Assembly (NCBI GenBank): GCA_002633005.1
Contig: NMRA01000007.1
Location: 1,254,362-1,318,361 of the forward strand
DNA length: 64,000 nucleotides
Origin: Phoronis australis
Taxonomy: Eukaryota; Animalia; Phoronida
Reading direction: 5' to 3'
The first letter of the stretch is position 1. Every line of letters begins with the position of its first letter. Shown one piece after another: positions 35,001 to 50,000 of the stretch. A model generated the notes under the pieces. It did not search any database. It was not told where the DNA came from and saw only the letters and a program-made list of their open reading frames with translations. The position numbers and the translations under genes were made by a program.

Positions 35001-38000
35001 TGGTTAGTACAAATGATTTGCTGACGGTACATGTAATGCTCGAACGATTGATTCATACACACGATTATTTGTTCTTATGTATAATGTTGAGGGTTTGTAC
35101 ATATGACTGCATGGTTTGAGCAGATCAAACTGGTCCCAACGTAGGATTCGAAATTCGTTATTCCTACACTCCATGATAAACCCAAACGTGCAATTACACC
35201 GCCTTATGGTATCCATATCTCGAGAACGGCAACATTGTCCAGTTCTGAAGAATGCTTGGTTATTTCCATTATTATGCTCAATCAAGTAATATGCCACAGA
35301 CATATAAAATGCACATAATTATAACATAAATTATTATAATAGAAATTTAGTAAAAATCACGATTTTGCCCAGCTATGATCAACAACAAAGATGTAGAAAT
35401 TGCTTGATTGTTTGGACAAATTTTAGTACACTTCCCAGCAAAATGTTCTCTGGAACAATGCAACAAATACACATTTACCTTTCAAATATGTACAAAGGCC
35501 CTTTATGAGGCCAATTCTTACCTTGTTCAGCGTTGGAGACTGGGTCATCGCCATCAGTCTCATCCTTGAAGACAGGGTTGTCATAAGCATGGCCGGACTT
35601 TCTGTCCTCTTTAATGAGTGTCCCACCTTTGTTTCCTGGAAGACAGGGAAAAGACATGAAGTCACATAAGCAGGAACCTGATCATACACCTGTGATGGAA
35701 CATATTGCAAAAATGTTCATCGTTGACACTTCAGTGACAAATGTCTTCTTCTATAAAAAGTGCATATTTTTCTGCCCGAATACATCAGCAGATACCAGTG
35801 AAACTGACGATCCACCATTGCCCTAAGTAAATTAAGTCTTGCACATTTGATTAGAGAGGCACTGGCACCTTTAAGAAAGTCCCAATTACATGAAGAGGGT
35901 GTGTTCAAAAGTGAACATTTTGAAATTTTGAATATGGCTGTTAAGCTAAACACGGGCATAAACCAGGATTGGACAGTAGTTACAAGAAGTAGGCTCAAGG
36001 CCTCTTGACTACAACCGCCAGTTCTTGTTGTTATAATTTTCTGTCTCCCACGTTAAGGAACATGAATAAAACATAGCAGTGTTATGATCCACAGAGGTCA
36101 GTGTCCCCCAGCATTCATAACAGCAGTTTCTTGACAAATGATACTTGGGGTATTCATTAAATCTAAAACCTGTCTTGTTCCTCAAAGCTCCAGGACTGTT
36201 GACTTTCATTGAAAGGAATGTATGACAAGGTTAATATGTTTTCAAGAGCCTCATGGTGTCCGCTATGAATACATACTTTATAAATCATCTTTTCATTCAC
36301 ATTATAATTTAAATTACACTTTTAAAACTGTCCAAGAAAAAAATGCTTTTTAACATTAAAAATGGTGGTACTACCATTACAGAAACTTAATTCCCAGCTG
36401 GTTTTCACCGGGCAAGTTGGTTGTTAAAAGTACTGCAGTATAATCTCGCTAATTTAGGACACAATTTGGTGGGCAATTGAAATTTTGTTTTTAATTTTTT
36501 TCATAGAAGATAAATAGCTACTATCACACAATACCTTGAGAAATTACTAGCATTCGAAATTATATAAGACTAGCCGTTACCCGTGCCTTTCGCACAGGTA
36601 GCAGCTAGTGGGAAACGTAGAGGGAAATACATGAAGAAACTCCTAAGAGTGAACATTAGTGTTCATCGCAAAAGACAGGAATACTTCTTGAAAGGCCATG
36701 TTCAAAGCTTCAAGCAGAATTTCAGTCACTGTCAGATTTTAGTAGGCAAGGTGTGCGGCTGCGGGATTATTTTTCTCCAGGCAGTTCAAATTTCTTTCCA
36801 GAACATTTCATCCTGCCATAACACAAAGTACAGTAATCAGATATTATTTAAAGTGAAAACTAAGAATGCATTTATAATACTGTATAATAGACAAAATATA
36901 TAGATGTATTTACAAAAGTTGCATCATAAATGTACATACTGAGGTAGAAAGCCAGCTAGCTGTATGAAGACTATCGTCAACATACAGCTAGGTAGCTGTG
37001 TGTAGAGCTCCGTTAGACACCGAAATTTCACACAATCCCGGTGCTTAGCTCAGTTGTCACCTCGGCGTGAAACTTAGAGCTAACAACCTACAGGGACGCA
37101 TGCAGAATCTGGGAATGAACCGACATTCACCTTGTCCGTTACAGCCGTTTATAGAAGTAAAACGATAATCTAATAAACGTATTTTTCGTAATTCTCTGTG
37201 GTCGTTTTGAAAACAGTGCATACTTGTGACATGCGCACGTATTCGCAATTTCCGAAAATTTTGCGATATCTCTCGAGTGTTTTTCTGAAATTGGGTTTTC
37301 TGATAATAAAATAGTAAAAACTTGTAATGAAATGAAACCACTTGCGATTGTTATGGCATGTTTGCAACTTTGCATTTGATTGAATAACATGGAAATTGGC
37401 CAACAGGAGATGCAATGGCGCCCAAAGAGCGCATCGCAAATTTAGCAGCAGAATACCGGAACCTACAGGGACGCATGCAGAATAATGAACCCGACATTCA
37501 CCTTGCCCATTAGAGTCGTTTATAGAAGTAAAACGATAATCTAATAAACGTATTTTTCGTAATTCTCCGCTTTTTGTAACAAAGGAAAATCTGTGGTCAT
37601 TTTGAAAACAGTGCATACTTGTGACATGCGCATGTACGCGCCATTTACGAAAATTTTGCAATATCTCGAGTTTTTTTCTGAAATTGGGTTTTCTGATAAT
37701 AAAATAGTAAAAACTTGTAATGAAATGAAACCACTTGCGATTGTTATGGCATGTTCGCAAACTTGCATTTGATTGAATAACATGGAAATTGGCCAACAGG
37801 TGATGCAATGGCACCCAAAGAACGCATCGCAAATTTAGCAGCAGACTACCAGTAACTGAAGAATGCCAATTTTCCAACAGCAGGATAAATAATTTAGTTT
37901 ACTCAAGGAAGAGTAAGAATTTTTAAATGAGGCCTCATTAATTTTGGCGGCGACAGGCCCGATGAATTATATACATGACAGAAGCCGGAGGAAGTGAAAT

Positions 38001-41000
38001 TAAGCCGACGGAGTGACGTCACCCAGGCCAGTACGAAACTGGCCACCCTCCCTCCGCGTCCGCCAAAAAAAACGGCTCGCAAGAAAAAAATAGAACACCT
38101 CGAATCCAAATAGGGGGCCGGTGCAATACCTGGGACCAAGGCGGTGCCGAAACGGGCGCAACGAAGGACTGCAGTGGAGTGGGAGAGATGGAGTTTGTGC
38201 AAACGATGCATTTTATATAATAGATGATCGCAAATATGAAAAATGCAAATTTCAGCAATTTTTTCCACACAATATTGGTGAGATTTTGCCGTCCATACAG
38301 ATACTGCTATAAAATGGGATAGTTTGCTTGAAAATGCTGACTTAAGCCATGATCAGCATACATACCGTAAGCACACTATTACTTGCAGATGCTGAGACAG
38401 TCTGACAAGGCATGTGGGAGAGTCTTCTCACTTTTTTAAAACGAGGGCCTGTGGTCCCCATCAAAGTGTGGCAATTACGTTTTTAAAAAGATTAAAAAAT
38501 TCAACCTAATTTACTTTCTAGTGTTTAAGTAAGCATTTCTGAGAGATGCAAAACTAATTTTTGCGTGTTTTCCACAGATTGATAACGGCATCTAGTCTGA
38601 GGTATGGAACAGACATTGCTGAGCAAGTCAGAATAAACCACACATAACGTAAAATTGCCGTGAGGACTTGACAGGGACCTCAGGGGTTTCACACTCCACT
38701 GATTTATCCACATTATTTTGAAAACGCTTTGCCCAGTCGCACATTGTGTGTCATAAAAGAGATAAGCATACCAGCAGCTGACGCAGCAAGTAGAACTACT
38801 CTCGTTTATCACATTGGTGTAGACACACAGTTGAACTATTGTTTTCTGTAGACCCCAGACCGTCCCGAGTTGCACCACATACCAACTCGGGACGGTCTCT
38901 CACGACGATTAAGCGTTATGTATGCCTGGCTTCCAAATAGAGGCAGTGGTGTTCATGACTGCTGTCAGGTAGACTAACTCACCCTATGGGTATTTCAGTG
39001 AGCAACTTAAACTATTGCATTGTTTCCTGAGCACCTAGCAAACAATGGACTGTTTTCAATCAAACATATCTTCTGTACACCTCATTCTACTCTAAACCAG
39101 GTTAAAATTCCATTGTTTGTTCCTGAGATGTTTTGTCTGGTTGATAGGTATCAAAGGTACCAAGAAGGTTGATGGTTTCATTGAGGTATGGTATGTGGAG
39201 ACTACTTGCAAATATGTTGAGTGTGAATGCCCATCTAAAGCCTGAATTCAGAGTTCAATGAATAGCTCTGGGTGGTTATATCAGACAGATGCTTTGCTGA
39301 TAATGTCAAAGAATTCGCAATTTTAAGCTTCACAAATAATTTGAAATATGGAGACAGTGAGTGCCCACAGGGAAACTAGGTCGCAAGCTCATTGCATAGA
39401 GATCTTATAGATAGGCGTATCCATTTATTTTTCTTTCTTATAATAAAGATAGTGGGAAGCATTTATAGGTAACTGACTGATGTGCGCCCAAGGTACAATA
39501 TCCTTGCGACCTAAAGATGCAACAAAGGAAAACAATCGTAGTACCACATAGGCGATAACCATGCAACAACGCGCAAAAGCGTCTCACGGATATCGCAAGT
39601 TAAACAATAGCTTGCGTTATTCATATATCATTTGGCATGGGTGACCATGAATATAAGAACAACATGAACACTAGGAGTAATTCACACATTTCTGGAGACA
39701 GATATGTTCTGTTTAGTTTAATTAGTTTAATCATCAGAAACAAACACATACATTGAATTTTCAGCAATTGTTTCTGAGCGAAGATATTTTCAACAAAAAT
39801 GTGAAAATAATGAAATACATAGTAAATTTATTTTGTTTGATTAAATACTTTTCAGATGTAGTAATTTATTGACATGAACATGTTCATATATAAAGATACA
39901 AGACAAAAATAAAGAAACAGCATTATCAACTATAAAAAACAAGATAACAGAAATACTCGGAAATTTGACTTAAAAAAACTACATTTCCCCTTTTAGCAGG
40001 CTAAAAATGATAATCGAATCGGGTTTTTTGCTCTCATAAAATCAGTCTCATGATAATATCCATTTCCATCAGCTACTCAAGAAAGGGTTTCAGAGTTTAT
40101 TGGGGTCAGCCAGCTCTAATTTGCGAATTAAAAAATGGCATATGCATGCATTGCCTGTGTCTTGCGTTAACAGCTCATTTGACAACAATAAAGATCAGAG
40201 GAGCATGGCAATGATTTTATACCGAAAATTGATTCGGTTGAAAACTCAACATTGACAGCTAAACTGCACTGAAAAGCACTTTCAGTGATATTCCTGTGAA
40301 ATGACTAAGCCCAATCTCCCATTCTGATTTCCCACACATGACTTTGGAGGTGTTGCGACTAGATTTTTCGAGCTAAAATGTCCGTATAGGAACACGTGCA
40401 GGACAACTGAGGAGTGCAGACTGTCGTTCACAAGTCATCAACATCAAAAAAGTTGAATTAAAAAAGTAGAGCAAAAAGACAACCCTTTAGAATGCTGTGT
40501 ATTGTAGTATCCGATGCCAAGACCAGGAAACTTTTCATAGAGTTTCTGATTTACAATAAAGTGGCTAAAAACCCATGTTCCGTCCAAAATTCAAACTTTG
40601 TGTTAGAGCACTTACCACTATTAAATTGTACCAAATTCTTTCATACTGATTTCTGGATTTGCAAAAAGGGAAACCATTAATTATTTGGTGAGACTATTCT
40701 TGCACATAAAATAACATGCTCTGACAAACCAACTGGCAGGGCTTGGTCTCAAGCATAACGAACTGTTAGTTCTTTCACAAAGCCTCAAAATTTTCTCAGT
40801 TTTGACAGAGCAACATCTTGAGACCAATTCGTTATGGTAAACGGTCTGCATTAAAGCTGGTTTTGTGATCCAAGATGGCTTTACTACCACCTTTATCCCT
40901 CATTACTAGCCTATTTCCTCCAACAGGCAGATGTATCTAAGATACAGCATTGTTTTCCACACTCAAAAATTCAAACTTGTCACGTTTATAATCACTTTGA

Positions 41001-44000
41001 AAACTTAGTCGGTGTGCAGAGCGAGCATATCATAGCAAACACACAAAAATGATACTTTTTAGTTCAAAATGAAAAAACTAATTGTGTATCGTGCTATTTA
41101 AACATGTTGGAGGTGAAATCAAATGGGTCGCAGAGTCCTGTTAAAACAGGTCATGGAGAGCACTGATACAGATGGTATGTGGTCATGGCCTGAAATTCCA
41201 TAGTTTAATCTCCAACAATGATGGTTTATAGGAAATTACCTGTATGCAGGTAACAATGAACTAATAGCAAGAACAGGGAAACCCTACATTTGAACTGCGA
41301 AATGGAATTTCATTGCAGGATAAGAACACTATTCCTAACCTAGCAATAGTTGACATGCTGAATAAACAATCTAGATCTCTTTTCATTAATACATTATTAA
41401 CATATCAAACAGGTATGGAATCATTTTCTACTTGTTCACCTTTACAAGGAAAGATAAGATCAATGAATATTGATACATTCTGATCAATACTTGACATATC
41501 AACATAGGCCTGAAGGCGTATTAGCACAAGTGTCGTTTTTATTACTTAGTGAATTATGTGAAAACTATATTATAATTCAATCACTTAGAGAAGCAGTTTT
41601 TGTTACACTTGACATTAACCAGTAGTACATGTGACACACAGCAATTGGATAGCAGCACCTGCATATCTGGCATTAAACAATAAGCACTGCCTGAACTTGA
41701 GTAACTGAGGGTGTAATTTCACCAGAGCCTTCCTACAAAACCACTTTGTTCTTGTAAATTTGTAGCAGTAGTTGATCAATAATGTTGTAACGAACCTAGG
41801 GGTTCCCTTCTTAATCTCTCAAGCAACTAAAACAGTAAACTGTGATGGTATATTTATATAAAGATAACAATTGTTACACCAATGAATGAGAAGCGAAGGT
41901 ACGTAAAAAGTGTGTAATTTCTACTGATTCAATCAGCATGACAGTAATTGTTGTGATAATATAAAATACACATCCATTAATTCTAGCCAACCAAGTTCTG
42001 GTTGTAAATCAGTGCTGTAATGGTAAAATTAGAGGCAAGTAGGCGCCCGAAGTCCACCATATCACCTCGAGCACTGAAGGTAACTTACGGTGCATAGGCA
42101 CTACGTTCAAATGCCAAAAGGTGGTTGGGTGGTCCTACTTGCGCCTACGCCCCAATACAGCACTGTTGTTAATTAACATGCGTACTTTTGACTTTGTTTG
42201 AAAGGACTCACTCATTTGGGAATAGTGCATTGAGGAAGACCTGACTCCACGCAAATCATCAAGGACAACAGGTAAAAACAAGAGCAAGGAAGGGTTGTTT
42301 GTCTTTTAAGAAGCAGTGGCATTAATTTTTTTCTCAACAAGCCACCTGCTGACCATGACACAGAATTGTCAAGCCTAGACAGGTGGAAGGAAACAAGTGA
42401 ACTTTAGCTGTATTATCAGTCCATGTTACTTGTGAAAGTCTATTACCATAAGTGAAAACTATTAGATCATCTCATACTACAGGTGCGGATCCAGGATTTT
42501 GAGTTCGGGGGGGGCATGGCAGCGTATTAGCCAGGATTTTGCCCATCAGACATTCGCACGGCTGAACTGACAAATGGAATCTGGGCGAATTTTAAGGGGG
42601 GGCATAGCCCCCTCCCCCCAAATCCGCCACTGTGGTGTATTAATTATAGTAAAATCTGACCAATTTAGGACACAATATGGCAGACAAGACAGGTTCTGTT
42701 CATGAAAGATACCATAGCTACCATTATAAAATGCTTTGAGATTGGCAGTCCCAACAAGTGAGAAGCACTTCAAAAATGAAAATATCGAATTCAATAATTA
42801 TAATAATTTGAAAATGGCAAGGTTATACCACGCACAAACATTTTGTGTATAACTGTCACCACTATCTGGCTAACACTGTACCATACTTTGCATGTAAGTT
42901 ACTATGAATCTTACGCCGTTGCTAGAATGTAATCAAAGGCAGTGAAAGAAAATCCCAATTTTATTTTTAGCTTGTTATATTTCATTCATCAGTGTGTGAA
43001 AACCATTCACAGTTGCCACACTCATCAGATGTCAGAACATATGTTAGCCTGAGCAATTAGGAAATTTTTCACTGCCTGTACATTAGGAAAACCTTCACTG
43101 AGTCTGTATACAAGGATAAACACACAATGCAAAAACATATGCTGTAAAGAAAGACATCGTAATTTTCCAATTTTTAAATTACAGGACGTAGCTAAAGGAT
43201 TATCAAGTTAAACCAGCTTCGAAGGGGTTACTAACTCTTTGGCACATTTTGGTTAGGATCAGGGAGGATTAAAGGGAGGGGGCAACGGGGCCAAGGCCCT
43301 CCCCTAAAATTCTCCCAGATTCCATTTGGCAGTTTGAGGGTTCAAATATCTGACAGGCAAAATCCTGGCTATTACTCTGCCCTGACCTCCCCACACTCAA
43401 AATCCTAGATCCGCCCCTGAGAATAATACATAAATAAGGCTAAAACCTACAGTGAAGAACAGAGCCTTTTCTCAAAACTTAATCTAACTGCAAAACCATT
43501 TTTTGTAAGTATGAATTCAGTGAATTCAAAGTTAAAATTTTAAGAGTGGAATCTTGAGATCTTCCAATCTAAATTACTTGCCAACCTCTCAATCTTATCA
43601 ATTTTGACATATTACACAACTCTTACTCACCAAGTGAATTCCTGTACCCCCATCATGTTTAGATAACTCCTCATCACTCAATTTGAAATACCCCAGGTGT
43701 GTATCAGAGGTAGATCCCTGTTCAAATCACTTCACACAAGAACACAATATGATTGTCCCATGTCATACCCCTTATGATACCAGTAAAATTCTAGTTTCTT
43801 GCTGTGTAGGCATACAGGATTCAGTACAAAGATTTTATTTTTATTGAATAACGAGGTGTGAAATTAGATAGATATTACAGTAACAAACACAATTGAGGAC
43901 CTTCCATGCTGCTTTTGTGGGGATAGTGATGCTTTTTTTGGTCCTGCCATTGGAGTAATTTATGTTAAAATCTCAGCAAACTATTGCAAGAAGATTACTT

Positions 44001-47000
44001 TGATCAAAAGTAGACAGGAATCGACACAGCCTTCTTTCTCTGGTTGCAAAAATAGATGGTGAGATAATGACACAAGATATTCAAGTCTTCAAATATGCAT
44101 TCTTTCTTAACAGGTAACTTAACTTGAGCTGGGTTAAGGACCTAAATACCTCAGACACCTGATCATGTTTAACATCACAACAATCAATTACCGCAGTGAT
44201 ATCAGTGCACACATAATAAGAGGCTGATCTTGAGTTACCTTCTTGGGTTACACATCAGAAAAATGTGGGTAAATGTTAGTATTACAGGTCAAGCAAACAC
44301 TGTGTGTTTACTGAAGATCATTTGTAAACACTCTCTTAATAAAATATTTGGCTTTATTGTTTCTTAAAAGTGTGCCTGTTATTCACAAAGAGAAACAAAA
44401 AACAAATTTCAGTAGAGAAAATCAGTTGCATAACAGCAGTTAGTAAGAACGGTGCCTCTCGTAAAGTGTACAATAAAAATCTTACCAATTTAGGAGAAAA
44501 ATAATAAAAGTTAAAACCTTTTCCTGTCATTCCCAACTTGTGAATGCCCTCAACTTTTCAAAATATTTTCTGGAGGTAGCTATGGTACAGAGCACAAACA
44601 TGGAAATCGAACGAAGTGGACAAAAAGGTCCGCTTCAGAGAAACAAAAACTCCAAAGTAGAAAATGAGACAAAATTCCACTAAAAAGACAAGAACTACCA
44701 AAATTCCACGAATGCACAATTCATAGCTCTGAATGTACCCCATATTCTAAAAAATTTGAGCCCTCCCATTTTTTAGGCTGGGTACACAGATATTAAAGAG
44801 TAATTATATTCTTTAGAAATGCATATGCATCGTCCATGAATGGCCACAGCCAGAAGAGAAACTTGCAGCAGTATATTCAAATAACCTGATTAACGAGGCT
44901 TATAAGGGACCACTATACAAGATACATACGACCAGCACATTTCTGAAGGCAATTCATCTTGTGGCATACCTCTCCTAATGCAAACGAACAACATACATAT
45001 TGCATAAGTACAGGTCAAAATAAATTGCAGGAAAAATACTTGGTGTCAAGTGCGACAATGCGTGATCTTGCCCAGCTTGTAAAAATAACTATGCGTTTGT
45101 GTTTCTGCCCTGCTATAAGATAAAGTACTGATTTATCAGCAGAAATATTGTTCTCATCTATATTTCGATTTCATTTCCATAACAACAACTCTTTAACTTC
45201 ACAATCCTGGGTTGTGTTCCATAAAACAAGTTTCGTGCCAGAAAGCGAGATCACTCCGTTTTCACAACTGAGATATCACTAAGTACAACAAGGAAAACAC
45301 CATGACCATAGCTTTTTACTCCTGTCTAATGACTACAGAACACACCTACCTATATATATTTCATAAATGAGAAAAATATATCCAAGACAACTCTCAATTC
45401 AAGATTGCATGACTGGCATGACCCTCCTTTCATAAAAAACAACTGTTGACTGGAATGCATTTCTTACCTTAGTAAACAAGAAAAAGAAAACGAAGAAAAT
45501 TCAGTTGATGATCGCATGATTGGTGGCTATAAACGCATACTTCATCACAAAAAACCTGTTGATTAGACCACTTACACTCTGAAATAGGTCCAAAATGTTA
45601 GTTAGTCAAAACTGGTCAACCTCGCCTAGGAACCAGTAATTTCCTAGACCTCACCAACCACTCACTTCAGTGACCACCATTTTGCCAAGCTACACTAGTA
45701 AGGTCTTTAGCATACATGCAAGACAATGCTCGCATTTCACTCACGTGATTTTGTGTGATTGTGCTATTCACAAACTTCCCACATGACATCTACCGAATGT
45801 TACCTTGTATACTTCTGTTTTTTATTTATTAAGCGATGTATCTTTACAAGGTGACCACTATATCGTTTAACCATGAATGAATTTACAATCTATTCCATAA
45901 CCTCATCATGAAAACACAACTATGCAGTGCAATACAGAAAACATTGTTTATCTAATCTTTAACAGAAGAGTAAACACATCTACAAAACATTCCACACCAG
46001 ACAAATTTTCATTATGTACAGAGCACAAAAAGCCCCAAGATCTAAAAAGCCTGGACAATGTATTCGACATGGTTACACATCAACGGTTTTTGAATGTTAT
46101 CCAAGGACAGGCAAGGTGAATAAAAAATATGCTCACATCAAATGTCTTTTGTCCTACTGTTTGTAACCGTATTTTTACAAGTGAAAGCATGATTCTTTTG
46201 TAACACTGAGAACTATGCAACCGTGAATCAGCTGAGTGAATAATGTATTGGCTATGAATAATATTTTCTCACCTCCCTGCATCATAGTTCACTTTCACCA
46301 CAAAAGATCAGTTGAAATGCAGGAGGATAAAACAACTTCACAAGGGCAAAGGAATGGCGCTATAATCAACATGAAATGCAAAAGAAAATATGAAATATGT
46401 CATGCCAAGGTGTGCGTTAATTACCTCTTATTTACTGCTAGCCTTTACTTCAATTTTGTGTGTGAAAATGAACAGAATTCGACCTAAAAGGAAGAATATT
46501 TCAAATTTCTGTGATCTGGGTCAAGACGTTCAGAGCTAAATGCATTTGGTGAACAGAAAACAGTTCGAGGGCAATTTTTGCTTTTCTAAACAAAGGTAAA
46601 GTTATTTATTAATGTCCAATAAAACTATTTGAGTTGCCCATGTTTGTAAAATAGAATGCAAATTCGTCAATTTCCATATCCCAAAATCGTCGCTCTTCAT
46701 TTGCAAAGTTAGAAAAACACATTGTACAATTGACTTAGTTCTCAAAAGATAGGGTCGCTCGCTAACATGCTTCTGAGCCAAGTTGGACAAGTGAAGAACA
46801 TTTAACTGTGCCTCATTCAGCTTTTCAATTTATTATTATCTACACTGCACCTCACTGAACAATGTTCACCAAAACTTTATCACAATGACAAATGGTAAAC
46901 TAGTTTTAATGTAAAGTAGTGTGGGGTGAGTGTACGTTGAATTCGCAGCGTCATGGGTAAACACCGCAAAATCGGAGAAGGCGCTGTAGTATTCCGGAAG

Positions 47001-50000
47001 TGGCTATTGCATGGGATGGGCTAATCTTTGTGGGATGGTCTAATTGTTATATAAGCCAAATGTAGGACGCTTGTTAAGATGCACATCACCTCCAAAATAC
47101 ACATCAAATATCATAATTGAAATATATTACAAAGTTGTGAGCTGGTCAACTCATAAAAAATGCTCTCGTATTTTTATCTCCAAATAGTAGTTCTCAGAAC
47201 GTCCACTCTTCACAAACTAAGAAGGACATCTCATCCATCAGACACGCCCCACTGTCTGTGATGATCAGGATAGGAATTCAATTCTCAACGTCCTATCTCA
47301 AAAACCACTTGTTGCTAATACTTTGAACAAACAGCCATAGATACAGGCTACCCATGTGGAGGGAGGGCGCTACTTGAGTTAACAACGGCAGGGACCAGCA
47401 AGAATGTCAACAGACACCCATTCCTGATCTTGGCAAGCTGCCAAGTTCAACCTCTCAGAGAGAATTCCATGCCTGGGTTTGATTATTCAGGTAAAACATG
47501 GTTATGTAATCCTTGGTAATTTCCTGTGGTGGAACCATGTGGTGTTGAATCCATTGAAGCTCCTTTGTGTTATTTCAGGCAGTGGACAGAAATGAAACTG
47601 CATAGAAGAGTAACCACAATATCAGGTACTGAGCCATTCACCTCAACCAAAGGCTTTGAAGTGGAACTGCTGGAGATGTGTCTCAATGATTCCTTTTGCT
47701 TTACAGGCAGGCAGAAATTTTTGGAAGTGGTATGAAGCTACAGTCGTCCTAAAAACATGCGTTATCTGGGTGCAGCAAAATTTCTTCAATTTGTAATACA
47801 AAGTGGAAAAGAAGAATTTAATTTTGTCAAATTTCTACATAAAAATAATTGAAGAGAATATTGCATTTCATTTTTGGCAAGGTTTGCACTCGTTACTATT
47901 GTGAGCATTTGCACCAATGGCATATGGTTTTGAAAAACAAGAAAATGACTTTTTGTGCAAAGATGAAGAAGCGTTTGTGCACAGTATAGACCAATGTACC
48001 AGTGATGTGTAAAAACTCATTTCAAGATATTTTCAGTGGTCAGAAAGATAACTGGGTTGTTTGTAAATGTATAAAATCCCAAATACATTGCTTTTTCTTG
48101 AATAGGATGACATAAGTAACCTCCAGTTTAGTCAATGTCTTACTGAAGCAAAATGCCAAGTTCAATAGAAGTCAAAATCAATTGAAAATTATTTTTCAAA
48201 ATTAACTGCCAATTTTTTTATAGAATCGAGTTTGCGAAAGGTTAATACTACATTGTAGATAAATTTTCCAAATGTATATATCACACAGATAATGAGACAA
48301 ACACCTTACAAGGGCTGCCAGTTGATAAAAATGAATCTTAAAGATAAACCTTATTTAACAGCTTTGTTATTACTAATGTTGCAGACAACTATGTCAGGAA
48401 TAAATATAACAATACTGCTGTGTCTTTACAGTTGCTCTGGGGATAAATCTATCATTTACTGCAGTAGCACAAAATCTTTTGACATTTCCACTCTTTATAG
48501 CAGGCACAACTTACAATAAAGCACACAGAAAATAGTTTTTGTAAGTTTGTATTGATGTTTATATTTGATTTCTTCCTTTATGCGAAAGTTTGCATTGATG
48601 TTTAAATATGATTTATTCTTTTATTAAAATTAGTTTGCTCCCTGTTTCAAGCATTTGACTGTGGACTGCAAAGCATCTACAGAGACTGCTGAAGCATTGC
48701 AATTGACTACATTCAGTGAATGCCATTGCATTTTAGTTTATACCTCAATGTATTATAAATCTACTTCACTTCCCAGAATTACTATAAAATTTTCTCTGGA
48801 TCAATCAGTGAAAGACTTCATGATGGCGCCTCTAAATTCCAGCTATGATCCCATAAACTTCAGTTATGGATCAGCAAACCCCAGACCCATGGTATAAATC
48901 CTAAGCTTTGTCTCTAAGCTAGCCTACACAGTCGCACCAAAAAGACGCCACTGATATCCGATGACCAAACTCTGTACCCAGAGACTCAGTTACATAGCTG
49001 CACCAGTAGTTCAGGTCTGAGTTTCAACCAATGGAGTGTGGTCACCACTTACAGAGTATTCAATGTGTGGTGTTTGTAGGCACAGTGGGAACAGGATTTG
49101 TACCGCAGGTTTGATGTTTTCTGGTCCAAGACTGGAGTTTAAGAAATTGAATGTGGAATTTAGAGCAGTGGTGGATTTAAGGGGGGGCCGAAGGGGTACA
49201 TGCCCCCCCCAAAAAAAAATTCTCCCAGATTCCATTTGGCAGTTGGGGAGTGCGAATATCTGACGGGCAAAATCCTGGCTAATACTCTGCCCTGCCCCCC
49301 CCCCCTTACTCAAAATCCTAGATCCACCCCTGTTGAGAAGCAGCCATGGAATCGTTTCCACCCCTGTCTAAGCCATATTTACTATATAAATCATTTCCTC
49401 TACCCTTCCTCGCGCATGACAAAGGATGAGAAAATATCATCTGAATAGATAGCATGTAGATATAATATATAGTTTGGCTTGTTTCCAATTAAATTAAATA
49501 TCATATAATTCAACTTTCCTCAACTGTGACCGATAAATATAGCACAACCTAAATGTTTAAATGTTGCCCTTTAGTTGTCAAACTACTACATTTACACCAT
49601 CCAAATATCTCCATGGCGAATTGTTTAATGGTCCCTTAAAATCGGGTCAATGAATATTTAATTACCCACAGGTATTTTCACCTCAACTGTGGAATTTAGA
49701 GATTAAACTAAGTATGATGGTCCCTCATCAGTAGCCATGGGTACATTGGTGTAAAACAACTCTCACAATAGAGAAGAGAACTCTCAAGTCTTTAATTAGT
49801 CCGTTTCCAAGCAATTAACATGACTGGTTACACTACAATACTACAACTGGCCAAATATGTACATAAATCTGACAAAGAATGCCCTTGCAATACAAAATGA
49901 TCCGTTATTGCTGTGTTTTATTATGTGACTTTACCACCACCAAGATAAATTAAATACTCTGACAAAAAAAAATATTGCATCTTTGCAAAATCTTAAAACT

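Noticed and set aside
37170-37877. 235-aa ORF with an internal duplication
   Set aside because: Falls on the Helitron tandem duplication; no recognisable domain or RepHel motif.
45467-45540. Possible alternative first exon of gene 2 (minus-strand AG|GTAAGA donor)
   Set aside because: The ATG-led frame ends in phase 2, incompatible with phase-1 exon 2; no other support.
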